This document shows positions 23,395 to 35,945 of a stretch of DNA of 64,000 nucleotides, piece after piece. The DNA is taken from NCBI GenBank assembly GCA_030390025.1, contig CM059425.1, forward strand, positions 168,518,001 to 168,582,000, read 5' to 3'. The position numbers and the translations under genes were made by a program. How positions within the stretch are numbered: the stretch's first letter is position 1; each line of letters starts with the position of its first letter. The DNA comes from Squalus acanthias. Lineage: Eukaryota. The notes below the pieces were generated by a model. The model searched no databases and was not told the DNA's origin. It saw only the letters and a program-made list of their open reading frames with translations.

Positions 23395-24955
23395 GTCATG
23401 CACCCCGGGGGTCAGTGCTGAGTCTATTTTTATTCCTGGTTTATATGGATGATTTGGGCTTGGGCACAGTGAGCAGAATCTCAAAATTTGCGAGTACAGA
23501 ATTAAAGCGTTTGGCAAACGAGGAATGTTTCAGTCTACAGGAAGACATATACAAGTGTATTCATTCGATGATGAGATGCTGAAGGGTTTGGATGAACAGA
23601 CAGACCTAGAGGTTAAAATACAAATGCAGATAGTTAAAGCCATGAGGGACTTCAGTTATGTGGAGAGACTTGAGAAGCTGGGGTTGTTCTCCGTAGAGCA
23701 GAGAAGGTTAAGGGGAGATATAATAGAGGTGTTCAAAATTATGAAGGGTTTTGATAGAGTAAATAAAGTGAAACTGTTTCCACTGGCAGGAGGGTCGATA
23801 ACCAGAGGACACAAATTTAAGATAATTGGCAAAAGAACCAGAGGGGAAATGAGAATTTTTTTACGCAGTGAGTTATGATTTGGAATGCACTGCCTGAAAG
23901 GGTGGTGGAAGCAGATTCAGTCGTAACTTTCAAAAGGGAATTAGATATATACTTGAAAAGGGAAAATTTACAGGGCTATGGGTGAAAAACAGGGCAGTAG
24001 GACTAATTGATTAGCTCTTTCAAAGAGCTGGCACAGGCACGATGGGCTGAATGGTCTCCTGCGCTGCATGAATCTATGAAAAACGATTTGGGGGTTTATA
24101 AATAGGGCCATAAAGTACAAGAGTAAAGAAGCAGTGTTACATTTGAACAAAACATTGATTAGGTCACAATTTCAGGATAAGGGGTCGCACATTTAAAACG
24201 GAGATGAGGAGAAATTTCTTCTGAGGGTTGTGAATCTTTGGAATTCTCTACCCCAGAGAGCTGTGGAGGTGGAGTCATTGAACATATTCAAGGCGGCGAT
24301 AGACATATATTTGAGCTGCAGGGGAGTCGAGGGTTATGGGGAGTGGACGGGAAAGTGGCATTGAGACCAAGATCAGATCAGCCATGATCTTATTGAATGG
24401 CGGGGCAGGCTCGAGGGGCCGAATGGCCTACTCCTGCTCCTATTATGTCAGAGTACTGTGCGCAGTTTTGGGTGCCCAATATAGAAAGAACATTAAAGAC
24501 AGAGAAGAGAGTACAGCATAGATTCACCAGGATGATGCCACGGCTGGGAAACTATAATTGTGAAGAGAGATGTGAGGTGCTGGGACTATTTCCACTGAAA
24601 TAAGAGAGAGTAAAGAGCTTTAATAGGGGTTTTTAAAATGAAGGGTTTTGCTAAGGTGAAAAAGGAAAGACTATTTCCTCTGGTTGGGGCATGCGTAATG
24701 GAGGTGATCATCAACTTTAAATTGTCACTGCGTGAGGAGAGATTGAGAAATTTCTGTACACAGCATTGAATGCTTTGCCACAGGTAGTGGTTGAGGCAGA
24801 GACTATTGCATCTTTTAAGAAATGCTGGTTAGAAATTTAAGCAGAGGAAGATGCAGGACTATGGAGAGGGAGCAGGGCAGTTGATTGCTCTAGCAAAGAG
24901 CCAGGACAGACATCAGGGGCAGAAGACCTCCTTTTGTGCTGTAAATTCTATTCTA
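23395..24955 (+). mobile_element. Cluster of nested CR1 3' fragments (about 23395-23640, 23641-24077, 24083-24170, 24171-24446, 24448-24955)
   Basis: GSVL..LF, RRLRGD and TRGH motifs and at least three separate CR1 3' UTR ends. Confidence 0.85.
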
Positions 24956-26469
24956 TTTCTAATGGAAATAATACAAGATCGATCTACTTTACAGAGCTGT
25001 TAAAAATCTTGCCATTTTATGTCAGACAAGCAGTTTCTTCCCTCCTAATTTGATTTCTTAAAAAAAACCCTGAATTTTGAAAGCAAACAGTTTCTTTTTC
25101 AGGGAAACAGATAGGAAAGTAGGGTGGGAGGGGTAGGGGAAATGGAAACTGGTTAATGGTGAGGGGGTGTTTGACTTCTTACCACATATGCTTGAAGTGG
25201 TAGCAGTAGATGGAGGGTTAAGGGTGAGGTGGCTGATGGGAAGAAGGTGGAGTAAGGTGGGGGGAATAAAGGAGTTGAGCAGGTAATTTGAAGGGGAAGA
25301 AGGAGGGGTTATGATGGGAATAACCATCATGACCCTTCCTGATGTGATAGGATGTGGAATGAATAGTAGAAGGGATATGATGGGAGCAAGGGGGCAAGTG
25401 ATTGGGGGAGGGGAGAAAGTCACTGAGGGCCACACTTTCCCTGCAACCCCACCTCAAATGCGCCCTGCAACTATTGGTGGCTCCTTTCCGTGCTGCACCA
25501 CACCTACCACCTAAAAGGAAAGGAAAATACAGAGCAGCAGGAGAGCGAGAGAGAAATAACCAAAGGAGGAGAAATAGAAAGAGAACCTGAAGACAGCAGA
25601 GGCAGGTGAGAGAGAGACCATATTCTGACTTGCTGTATGCAACACCATGAGAGATTGACTAGTGTGTGAAGGAGGCCTGGGAGTGAGAACTAAACTACCA
25701 GATAATAGGAAGAATGCGAGAAATATGGAAGTAAACAACTATCACTTGCAGCAGAATGCATGAGAGCCAACTCAGGATAATATATTGTGCTTCTTGTGCC
25801 TCCTGCCTGCTCCACAAACTCCACCCCTCTCTGGAAGACAAACACTGGAGGGGCTGAGGCCAGAAGGGTAAACACAGTGCATGTCCCCCATTCAATTTCT
25901 CTGGGAGGCAATTTGGATGGTGACAGAAAGCATGACGGGCCTCACAATCCCTGCTGATCCAAACCTGTGCCTGCTCGGCCTAGCTACAAGGGAGCACATC
26001 CCCTCTGCAACATTTACTAACTGCAGTGAATCCCCGGTGTGGCGAAGTATAAGTCTCCTCTCAATATGGGTGAAACATTTGTGGAACACGTGCCAGTCAG
26101 CGAGGGTGATTCACGGACTCCACCTGGAAAGTAGGAAATACTGAACAATCTGGAGTCCATTTCATGAAGCCCACATGACACCGCACACAGACCTAGACCA
26201 CCGCCAAGAAAGTCAGTGAAACTACAAACTAACAGCTGCTTCCTGTTGCTCTGCAAAACACAATGCTGAAACTCAACAAAGCCCATCACCACATCTGTAA
26301 ATCTCCTGATTCTCCCTAAACTGTTGCCAAATTAGCTTGAATGCTAACCGAGCATCATTCTCGATATACCAATATATTTCTAAGTACCAGGGTTTCTCAT
26401 TCTAAGGACCTTTCTATACACCTCTGTAAATATTGTGCCATAAACTGCACAGTAATTACATAAAATATA

Positions 26470-26805
26470 TATTTGTAAAATAAAATTTGGAGGGTTAATA
26501 GTGCAAGATTATTTCTGCTGGTTGGTGACTTTGTAACAAGAGGACATAAACATAAGATTAGTAATAAATGCATAAAAGAAGGCAAGATTTTTCTTCAGGC
26601 AAAGGAGTTAGAGCAAGGAATGCACTACTACAAGTGAAGTCAATCACTGCATGTAAGAAGCAATTAGATAAACATATGAAGAGGAAAAATATTAAAGGGT
26701 ATAAGGAAAGAGCAGGGAATGGGTTAGGGTAGGTATCTAGCGTGGCGGTAGCACTAGCACAGGCAAGAGCCGAATGGCTGCCTTGTGTCCTGAAGATTCT
26801 ATGAA
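26470..26805 (+). mobile_element. Old CR1 3' fragment
   Basis: ACAAGAGGACATAAACATAAG (TRGH) and GGAATGCACTAC, then a CR1-like 3' UTR. Confidence 0.65.
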
Positions 26806-27077
26806 TAGAAGGAACCTCATCTTCTTTTCTGTCCACTCTGCTTATGTTTGTATGGACACCTATATAACACTGTAGTCTGACATTTATCCTCTTGGATTTA
26901 CAGTAGTTACTCAAAAATTGATTAATCTGAAATTACAGTTGATGTCAATCTCAAAATTAATTATAACACTTTTTAGTGTTCACACAGTGCATGTTAATAT
27001 TAAATGCAGCCTTAATTATGGTTGTCTTGACTATTTCAAAGAATACTGTTAGATAAGGTCTTGCATAGCCTTTTCTT

Positions 27078-27578
27078 GAATACTCTCCACTTGCCTGGAT
27101 GAGTGCAGCTCCAACAACACTCAAGAAGCTCGACACTATCCAGGACAAAGCAGCCTGTTTGATTGGCACCCCATCCACCACCTTAAACATTCACTCCCTC
27201 CACCACCGGTGTACCGTGGCTGCAGTGTGTACCATCTACAAGATGCACTGCAGCAACTCGCCAAGGCTTCTTTGGCAGCACCTCCCAAACCCGCAACCTC
27301 TTCCACCTAGAAGGACAAGGGCAGCAGGCACATGGGAACACCACCACCTCCAAGTCACACACCATCCTGACTTGGAAATATATTGCCGTTCCTTCATCGT
27401 TGCTGGGGCAAAATCCTGGAACTCCTTTCCTAACAGCATTGTGGGAGCACCTTCACCACACGGAATGCAGCGGTTCAAGAAGGCGGCTCGCCACCACCTT
27501 CTCGAGGGCAATTAGGGATGGGCAATAAATGCTGGCCTTGCCAGCAACACCCACATCCCATGAAAGAATTTTAAAAAA
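27078..27578 (+). mobile_element. 3' fragment of a CR1/L2-group LINE (family C)
   Basis: EYSPLAWMSAAPTTLKKLDTIQDKAA coding remnant and the 3' end GGGATGGGCAATAAATGCTGGCC; same family as 51748 and 60905. Confidence 0.85.
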
Positions 27579-30500
27579 TGTCAGAAAAGTAAGTCCTGCT
27601 TTAAAAAAAAATGACAAAGTGGCTGCCCTCCCAATGGTGAGCCCACCCTATTCTATTTCTCTGAAGCGAGGTGCTGAATTGTAAGGTATCTCTGCCGAGC
27701 ATTGGTGCATTTACTCATTCGTTGTACAGTGGAAAAGAGGGGGTTCTGGGAGCCAAGGCTAGGCAAAGTTAAACAGTCAGGAGCAGAAGGTAAGAAAACA
27801 GAACATTTGAGATTACAGTTGTCATCAGTTGAAAGATCAATTCATGCAATGTAAGGTTGATGAGTATTCAGGTGCTATTTTGTCTTTGGCACTTCCTGCC
27901 CCCTTTGCAAGTATAAATATATTTCAAAAGAATTATATTGATCGGTTCTGGTCCTGGCGTGTATCAGTCATTCGCTGCTCTCTAATTAATAGAACCAGAT
28001 CTTTCATGCTTACATAGTTGTCACATTCACAGAGTGGAAAGACAGTAAGACTGAGATTTTATTGCCTGCTCAATGATGTGGAGTTCAATGGCTGAAGCTC
28101 TAGGAAGTTGTTAAAGCAATTAAAGGCTTCTGTCTCACAGTGCATGATGTGGTTGCCATAGCTGCTCCTGCAGCAAAGTCGGCGGTGATGATGTCAGTGA
28201 GAATGTAGGTCTGATGCACAGCGTCCACACTACAATGACTCACTCGTTTCAAAGGCGCTGACAGTCCCACAGCAACCTCTCTATCACACTTACATGCTTC
28301 GTGTCTTGAAGAGAATGCAGGCTTTTCACAGTGTAAGTGCTTTATGCTTAGTTCCCTTCATCAATTTTACATTTTTTATTTTTTATACATTATAATCCAC
28401 CATTCCATTTGGAGGTGTACATAGGATAGCATTAAAATAAATTGAGTTTTGTCTTCTATGAGTTTTATAATCCAGAGACCATGTAAGTGGTGAAAGAGTA
28501 CAGTATTGTTATTTGTGACAGCGGGCGTTTGTTCTTTTGTTTGCACAGCTGACACATTGTGGGGCTAATCTGTTTAGTCTGGTGCAAATTTATTGTGACC
28601 GAGGTTTCCGTACTGATGTTCCACGGTTGCAGGGATAGCTGGAGGCTCCTGTTGAGTTTTTAAATAGACTGGTGAATGTCTGCTGAATTTGGACTTCCGT
28701 AAGGTATTTTAAGGTTAATTAAAGTCTAGTATTCTACATATGTAGGATTTCCTGTGATCAATGCTATAGCGTCACAGACTCGCAGTATAAATGGGGCAAC
28801 AAATCAATAAAAATTGGTCCTGAACTACAAGAACAGGTTGCTGTTTAATTATTAAATGGAGCACTGGGTTGTTGGAGAGAATCTGATTTTTTTTTTTAAA
28901 CAGCATTGTGTTGCATGCTGCATTTTGCAATATACTGATTTTTATTCTCTTCTGTCTTCCAAAAGGATTTATCAACACAGCATTTTTCAAGAACTTCTAT
29001 TCTGTTATGTTGCATATATGGAGTATTTTTTCCCCATTAGAAATTACTTTTTTAAATTTAATTGTGGACACATATAAAGAGTTTAAAAATCTGCTGTTGG
29101 ATTTGAATACAAATTTTATGTCTGCTATATTATCGTCATAAAATAAACTGTTAAAAGGTACTATTTTGAGAAAATTAAACTGTTAGTAATAGAATGGCTA
29201 ATAAAAAGCACTTATATTACCTATTGGTAAAAAATAGGGACCAGCTTTATCATTTTGGAATTTAGCCAGCAGAGAGTGTTGTGATGTGTGCTTTCTCTCT
29301 GCTGCTTGGCAAAGTTTCCAAACTAAATGTTGACCAGGGATAAATGCAGTAGGTTCACTAACTCATTGGCATATCAAAACAGAGTAGCATGGAAGCCAGC
29401 AGGGCTGTCCATTTGTGAGTGCCATGTTTTCCTCAAAGAAAACCCCTCTGCGGATAGGATTACACTTTTTTTCCTGGCCTATTCACATCAGAATTATGCA
29501 GGACTAACACTAGTATTGATTTCTATACTCTCAAAGTGAGAAGAAGGCTTGTACCTTTTAACAATTTGACACATATAATTGTTCTCATGATTTGTGAATA
29601 CATTTTAGTGACAATGTCTGATTCTGATGCTACACTCCCTGCATGTAGAGAGCTTCTTTTACAGGCATTTTGCAAACCACCATCAAATACTGCTCTGTTT
29701 ATAAGGCACAATAATGCATTTTTATTTGCTATATATTATATTGAAGCCATGGCTTGTGTCAGCTACTGGTCCTGGCAGGAAGCCGAGTTCTGAATATATC
29801 CCCTGCAGGTTGCCAGCAACATCTTTTAAAATAAGATTTATTTTGTAAGCTTTTTCTTCATAATTTGGACATTTTGCTTAAATAATAAGTGTGTTTTCAA
29901 TGTACTTAACATGATGGGGAAATTTAAAAATAAATTATCATGTATTCAGGAATGCTTCTATTCATATTTCCTGTTTGTACATAAGATGATGAAAAAATAT
30001 TTTACAGGCGGAGGGAAAAAACATTTCTGAATCTTGAACATCTGGAAAATCAGTAGCAGTAGAAACCACCTACAATTTTAAACATCTTTAGCTTCTATCT
30101 CTAAAAAAAAAAGAAATATGTGTTCCAATTTTTTCTCTCGTTTTCTTGAAAGTACTGAGTCTAGCTGGGGTATAGCCTTCCGTTTTACAGTTCATGATGT
30201 GGTTGCCATAGTTGCACCTGCAGCCCTCTGGCACCTTACTCAAATGGTCATTTTTCATGTGTGGGTGTTGGAAGATGATTCAGCTATGAAGGATGTTATA
30301 GCTGAGTCCAATCCCTTCTTCAAACAATGTCCATACATGTGCACTTTCCAGCAAGGGCCACTTGATATCAATCAGGAGGAGAAGCCTTCAATGATTAGTT
30401 CCTGTCGTTCAAATCTTTTTTTAAAGATTTTGGACATTACAGTTTTGAGTGTTCTATGAAGAGCTAATCCAGTGTTTGAGAATTCATAAAGAGCAGAAAA

Positions 30501-30764
30501 AGCCCAGCTTCAAGTAAATTATTTTGTTTTTCATCTACATATCAAATGGTGTCTGATTTGGTGCAAGAGAAATAAATAAGTTATGGTTCTGACATGGATA
30601 TTGGCTAGCTAGTTATAGGAATCAAAAAAAATGAATTAAAAAAAACTACTACAGGTACTGTGTTAAGTTTAATAGCAAAATACTGCGGATGCTGGAAATC
30701 CGAAATAATAACAGAAAACGCTGGAAAAACTCAGCAGGCCAGGCAGCATCCGTGGAGAGAGAAA

Positions 30765-30803
30765 CAGTTAACGTTTCAGGTCGAAGACCTTTCATCAGAA
30801 CTG
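30765..30803 (-). ncRNA. Minimal type I hammerhead ribozyme, family B, intact
   Basis: The minus strand reads CAGTT-CTGATGA-A-AGGTC-TTC-GACCT-GAAA-CG-TT-AACTG; helix I is CAGTT/AACTG. Confidence 0.85.
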
Positions 30804-31104
30804 GAAAAAAGCAGGAAATGGAATAGATTTTAAAGCAAGTTTAGCGGCTGGGAAAAGGGGGAGGGGATGAAAGAACAAAAGGGAAGGTCAGTGATAGGAT
30901 AGAAAGCAGGAGAGATTAAGAGACATTGAGAGACATTAAGAGATATTCAAGGCAAGAGGAGGTGGAAATGGGACAGGTTAAGGAACAAAGGATTGCTCTA
31001 AATGAAGTGTGAATTGCGCTGGCAGAATGAAGGACAGCTGCCATGTGGGAGGGAAGAAAAAAAGGGGCCAAACAAAAAGTGTGGATAAAAAAAAGTGTGG
31101 ATTA

Positions 31105-31112
<8 letters not shown>

Positions 31113-31142
<30 letters not shown>
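31113..31142. repeat. (TA)n microsatellite
   Basis: Visible directly, following an A tract. Confidence 0.9.
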
Positions 31143-31143
<1 letters not shown>

Positions 31144-31424
31144 CGAGGTTATGATCTGAAATTGTTGAACTCTATGTTGAGTCCGGAAGGCTGTAAAGTT
31201 CCTAATCGAAAGATGAGGTGCTGTTCCTCGAGCTTATGCTGAGCTTCCGTGGAACAATGCAAGAGGACGGTGAGGTCTGAGTGGGAGTGAAGCGGTGAAT
31301 TAAAGTGACAGGCCACCGGGAGCTAGGGGTCCCCCTTACGGACTGAACGGAGGTGCTCCGCAAAGCGGTCACCCAATCTGCGTTTGGTCTCCCCAATGTA
31401 GAGGAGACCGCATCGTGAGCAGCT

Positions 31425-32760
31425 CGTGTATTCGCTCCATTTTGAATTTAACTTTAGCTGGTCGGGATTTGCACCTGCTAAAGTTAAAGATTTGGGACAT
31501 TGCAGATTTGAGTGTTCTCGTGAAAACCGCCAGCTAATGCAAGGCGAGGAAGGCTGGATCCAGGAGGTAAGTGCCTTTACACTTACCTCCGGGATCTAGG
31601 GTCCCTGCCTAACGCACGAGGCCTCTGATCTCTCCCCCACCACCCCTGCCCCCCCCCCCAAAAGGCCTCCAATCTCCCACCCCCGCCCCAGGTCTCTGAT
31701 CTCTTCCCCTCTTCCTCTCCCTCTCTCTCCCCTCCGGCCCAGCCTACAGTTTTTTCTCTCTCTCTCTCTCTCCCCCCCCACCCCCCCCCCCACCCCCTCA
31801 AACCCAAGCCCCTGATTCTCCCCCACCCCCAGATCTCTGATTCCTAAACCCCCAGGCCTCCAATTTCCCACCCCTCAGGCCTCCGATCTCCCCACAGGGC
31901 CTTCTCCACCCTCCCCAACCCACCCCACCCCGCCCCTCCGGCCACCAATCTTTGCTGAGACCACCACCCTCCCCCACCCTCCTATGCTCCAGCCCGTGAT
32001 CCTCACGATCCCCCCTGCTCCTCTGGTCACCTCCCCCAGCCTGCGATTGACTTGCTGACCCCCCCTCCCCCAGTGAGCAGTTCTGGGCACCACACCTTAG
32101 GAAGGATATATTGGCCTTTGAGGGAGTGCAGCGTAGGTTTACCAGAATGATACCTGGACTTCAAGGGTTAAATTACGAGGAGAGTTTACACAAATTAGGG
32201 TTGTATTCCCTAGAATTTAGAAGGTTAAAGGGTGATCTGATCGAAGTTTTCAAGATATTAAGGAGAACCGATAAGGTAGATAGAGAGAAACTATTTCTGC
32301 TGGTTGTGGATTCTAGAACTAGGGGGCATAGTCTAAAAATTAGAGCCAGACCTTTCAGGCATCAAATTAGGAAACACTTCTACACACAAGGGGTGGTAGA
32401 AGTTTGGAACTCTCTTCCGCAAACGGCAATTGATGCTAGATCAATTAATTTTAAATCGGAGATTGATAGCTTTCTGTTAACCAAAGATATTAAGGGATAT
32501 GGGCCAAAGGCGGGTATGTGGAGTTAGGTCGCAGATCAGCCACGATCTCATTGAATGGCGGGTCAGGCTCGAGGGACTGAATGGCCTACTCCTGTTACTA
32601 TGTTCCCTGTGTTCCTCCAGCTGCCCCAGCTCCCGATCTTCTTTGGACCCCCCCCCACTTTTCAGACTGCTCCCCATCCTGCGATCCTCGTGATTCCTCC
32701 CCCCACCCCGCTTTTCTGTTCTCCTGGGTTTCCTGACCACCTCAGAGCTTGGATACAGCA
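31425..32760. repeat. C-rich low-complexity repeat, probably a DNA-transposon interior, interrupted by a CR1
   Basis: Poly-C runs with recurring GATCTC/GGCCTC units on both sides of the CR1; 12-bp hairpin at 31447-31488. Confidence 0.5.
32073..32605 (+). mobile_element. CR1 3' fragment
   Basis: ORF 32111-32527 is a CR1 ORF2 C-terminus, followed by the 3' UTR. Confidence 0.9.
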
Positions 32761-33720
32761 ACAAGACTAAACAAATACTCTGTGCAAGAACCTCAAGTTT
32801 CAGATTAGCAGCACACTTGTACTTCTGGGAGGGGGTGCAGTAACAGCTTTATGGCAAAATATTTTCAATTGATTCTTGGTTTTTACTACAATATTTCTTT
32901 TAAATCATAATTCTTCATTAAGTAAAATCTACTGTAAATCTGAGGTTTTTTTCAAATGCTGAAGTTCACCCCACGATGATTTAATAAGTGTAATTTAGCA
33001 CTTTTACGAAAAATAAAATAAAATGAGCTTTTTTTAGAGAAAAAACTTGAAAGAAAACTTTAATCCAAGATCTGGCAGTTTTGGATTTCCTAGTGTTATT
33101 GGGGCTAAATATTAAAATTTAAGCATCTTGACCCAAACCTCTGCTCCACTTCCAGTGGCAAGGTGCTGAGCACTAGTTTCCACCATCAAGTGGGATGAAG
33201 TAAGAGACTGATTTATATAAATCTAAACGCACCACTGGAGAAGTATATGCTTACTGTTGATGTATCCATATAGACCTTCATGGTGTATCTATCAGATGTT
33301 ACAGCATGTATATTACAGTCACATTTTTAATCAATTTATGATGAGAAATGCAGATTTCAGTAGCATTAGTGCTTTCTGCAGGCTAGAATTATTTATATCC
33401 ATTGCTCATTTTTGGCAGAAACAAACATTATACTTGCCTGGTTTTATTTTACTCTTTTTTGCTTTCATAACTAAAAATCTAAGCTTTTGGAAATGAAGCT
33501 ATTTTGTGTGACATCGACTCTTTTTACTGTTGTCTGGGATGAGAGGGTTGTCCTATGAGGAGAGATTGAGTAGATTGGGCCTATACGCTCTGGAATTTAG
33601 AAGAATGAGAGATGATCTCGTTGAAACATATTAGATTCTGAGGAGGATTGACAGGGTAGATGCTGAGAGATTGTTTCCCCTGGCTTCAGAGTCTAGAACT
33701 AGGGGGCATAGTCTCAGGAT

Positions 33721-35249
33721 CTATGTGGTAGGTAAAATTTTGGAGTCCATTATTAAGGAAACAGTAACAGGACATTTGGATAATCATAATTTAATAGGAC
33801 AAAGTCAGCATGGTTTTACGAAGGGGAAGTCATGTTTGACAAATTTGCTGGAGTTCTTTGAGGAAGTAACATATAGAGTGGATAAAGGGGAACCAGTGGA
33901 CGTAGTGTATTTAGACTTCCAAAAGGCATTTGACAAGGTGCCACACAAAAGATTATTGCTTAAGGTAAAAAATCACGGGATTGGGGGTAATATTCTGGCA
34001 TGGATAGAGGATTGGCTATCTAACAGAAAGCAAAGAGTTGGGATAAATGGTTCATTCTCAGACTGGCAATCAGTAACTAGTGGTGTTCCACAGGGGTCAG
34101 TGCTGGGTCCCCAACTCTTTACAATCTATATTAACGATTTGGAGGAAGGGACCAAGTGTAACATATCAAAATTTGCAGATGATACTAAGATGGGAGGGAA
34201 AGTAGTGAGTGAGGAGGACATAAAAAACCTGCAAGGGGACATAGACAGGCTAAGTAAGTGGGCAGAGATTTGGCAGATGGAATACAACACTGGAAAGTGT
34301 GAGGTGATGCACTTTGGCAGGAAAAATCCTAGAGCAATTTATTATCTTAATGGCAAGAAACTGGAGAGTACTGAAGTGCAAAGGGATCTGGGGGTCCTGG
34401 TGCACGAAACTCAAAAGGTTAGTATGCAGGTGCAGCAAGTGATTAAGAAGGCAAATGGAATGTTGGCTTTCATTGCTAGGGGGATAGAATATAAAAATAG
34501 GGAGGTATTGCTTCAGTTGTACAAGGTATTGGTGAGACCGCACCTGGAATACTGCATACAGTTTTGGTGTCCTTACTTAAGGAAAGACATCCTTGCTCTC
34601 GAGGCAGTGCAAAAAAGGTTCACTCGGTTAATCCCGGGGATGAGGGGGTGGTCATATGAGGAGAGGTTGGGTAGATTGGGACTCTACTCATTGGAGTTCA
34701 GAAGAATGAGAGGCGATCTTATTGAAACATATAAGATTGTGAAGGGGTTGGATCGGGTGGATGCGGGGAGGATGTTCCCGATGACGGGTGAGACGAGAAC
34801 TAGGGGACATAGTCTTAGAATAAGGGGCTGCTCTTTCAAAACTGAGATGAGGAGGAACTACTTCACTCAGAGGGTGGTAGGTCCATGGAATATGCTGCCA
34901 CAAAAAGCTGTAGAAGCTACAACATTAATTAAATTTAAAACAGAAATAGACAGTTTCCTAGAAGTAAAGGGCATTAAGGGTTACGGGGAGCGGGCAGGAA
35001 TTTGGACATGAGTCTAGGTTCGGATCGGTCATGGCCCTGTGGGTAGTGGAGCGGGCCCAGGGACTGTGTAGCCTGATTCTGCTCCTATTTTGTGTGTGCA
35101 ATTCTGTTAGATGCAGGAGATGGTTCTGTGATAGATAGTAGATTGGCGGTTAGGATCAGATCAGCCATGATCTTATTGAATGGCGGAGCAGGCTCGAGGG
35201 GCCGATTGGCCTACTCCTGCTCCTATTTCTTATGTTCTTATGTTCTTAT
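33721..35249 (+). mobile_element. Young CR1 LINE, 5'-truncated, with a (TTCTTATG)n tail
   Basis: Uninterrupted RT-to-C-terminus frame and a tandem octamer tail. Confidence 0.93.
33725..35011 (+). pseudogene. Truncated CR1 ORF2: complete RT domain, no endonuclease
   Basis: VVGKILE..QHGF..DFQKAFDKVPH..GVPQGSVLGP..FADD to the stop codon with no interruption. Confidence 0.9.
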
Positions 35250-35945
35250 GATAAGGAGTCGGCCATTTACGACTGAGATGAGGAGGAATTTCTTCACTCA
35301 GAGGGTTGTGAATCTTTGGAATTCTCTACCCCAAAGGGCTGTGGAAGCTGAGTTGTTGAGTATACTCAAAGCTGAGATAGATAGGGGAATCGAGGGATAT
35401 GGGGACCAGGCGGGAAAGTGGAGTTGAGGTTGAAGATCAGCCATGATCTTATTGAATGACTGAACAGGCTCAAAGGGCCGTATGGCCTACTCCTGCTCCT
35501 AACTGTTATGTTCTTGTCTTCAGCTCCACCCTATTATGTAACCTAATAGACAACAAAAAAGGAATGGTTCATGTGTAAAATTCTGTTAACTACTGAACAG
35601 TTTCCGAGGTTGTTGCAATCACAAGAAAATTGAAGTGCGGCTTCTGGCAATTTGAATTTTATTACATCAAACCAATTTTGAATGAAAGTAACATTTTACT
35701 GGTTGATGGTCATGCAGATAATTTGATGGACAGCTGGGTGGTTTCGACACTTGTGGTCCCAGGAAAATCTCTAGTTCAGGCTATTAGCTTGAATTATACC
35801 TAATGGCATCTCATTTTGAAAGGAAGCAAAATTTTGATGATTAAAGTGTTTAAAAAAAATTACTGTTTATTTGAAACGTATTACAATCACAGGAAAGTTA
35901 AATGCTACAAGTCTGTTTAGTCTTGCACAAGATTTTGATGGAAGT

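Larger units (their letters stand above)
30673..31421 (-). mobile_element. Penelope-like element family B, 3' 750 bp
   Basis: Minus strand 31421-31150 encodes a decayed GIY-YIG C-terminus (CSRCGLLYIGETKRRLGDRFAEH..EEQHLIFRLGTLQPSGLNIEF), then a pyrimidine-rich UTR and the terminal repeat. Confidence 0.9.
33530..35515 (+). mobile_element. CR1 3' fragment (33530-33720 and 35250-35515) split by a younger CR1
   Basis: The host reads ..GGGCATAGTCTCAGGAT | AAGGAGTCGGCCATTT across the insert; GAT is duplicated. Confidence 0.85.

Noticed and set aside
28140..28219. C/D box snoRNA (ATGATGT..GTGATGA..CTGA)
   Set aside because: Box C is imperfect, the terminal stem is weak in the canonical register, and I recognise no rRNA or snRNA guide; a snoscan/Infernal run would settle it.
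30118..30459. 113-aa ORF as a host exon
   Set aside because: No recognisable domain, and the paralogous motif at 28141 hits stops in all three + frames.
33671..35011. 446-aa ORF as a real gene
   Set aside because: Chance in-frame fusion of about 17 codons of a host CR1 to a nested 5'-truncated CR1; TTG start and no endonuclease.
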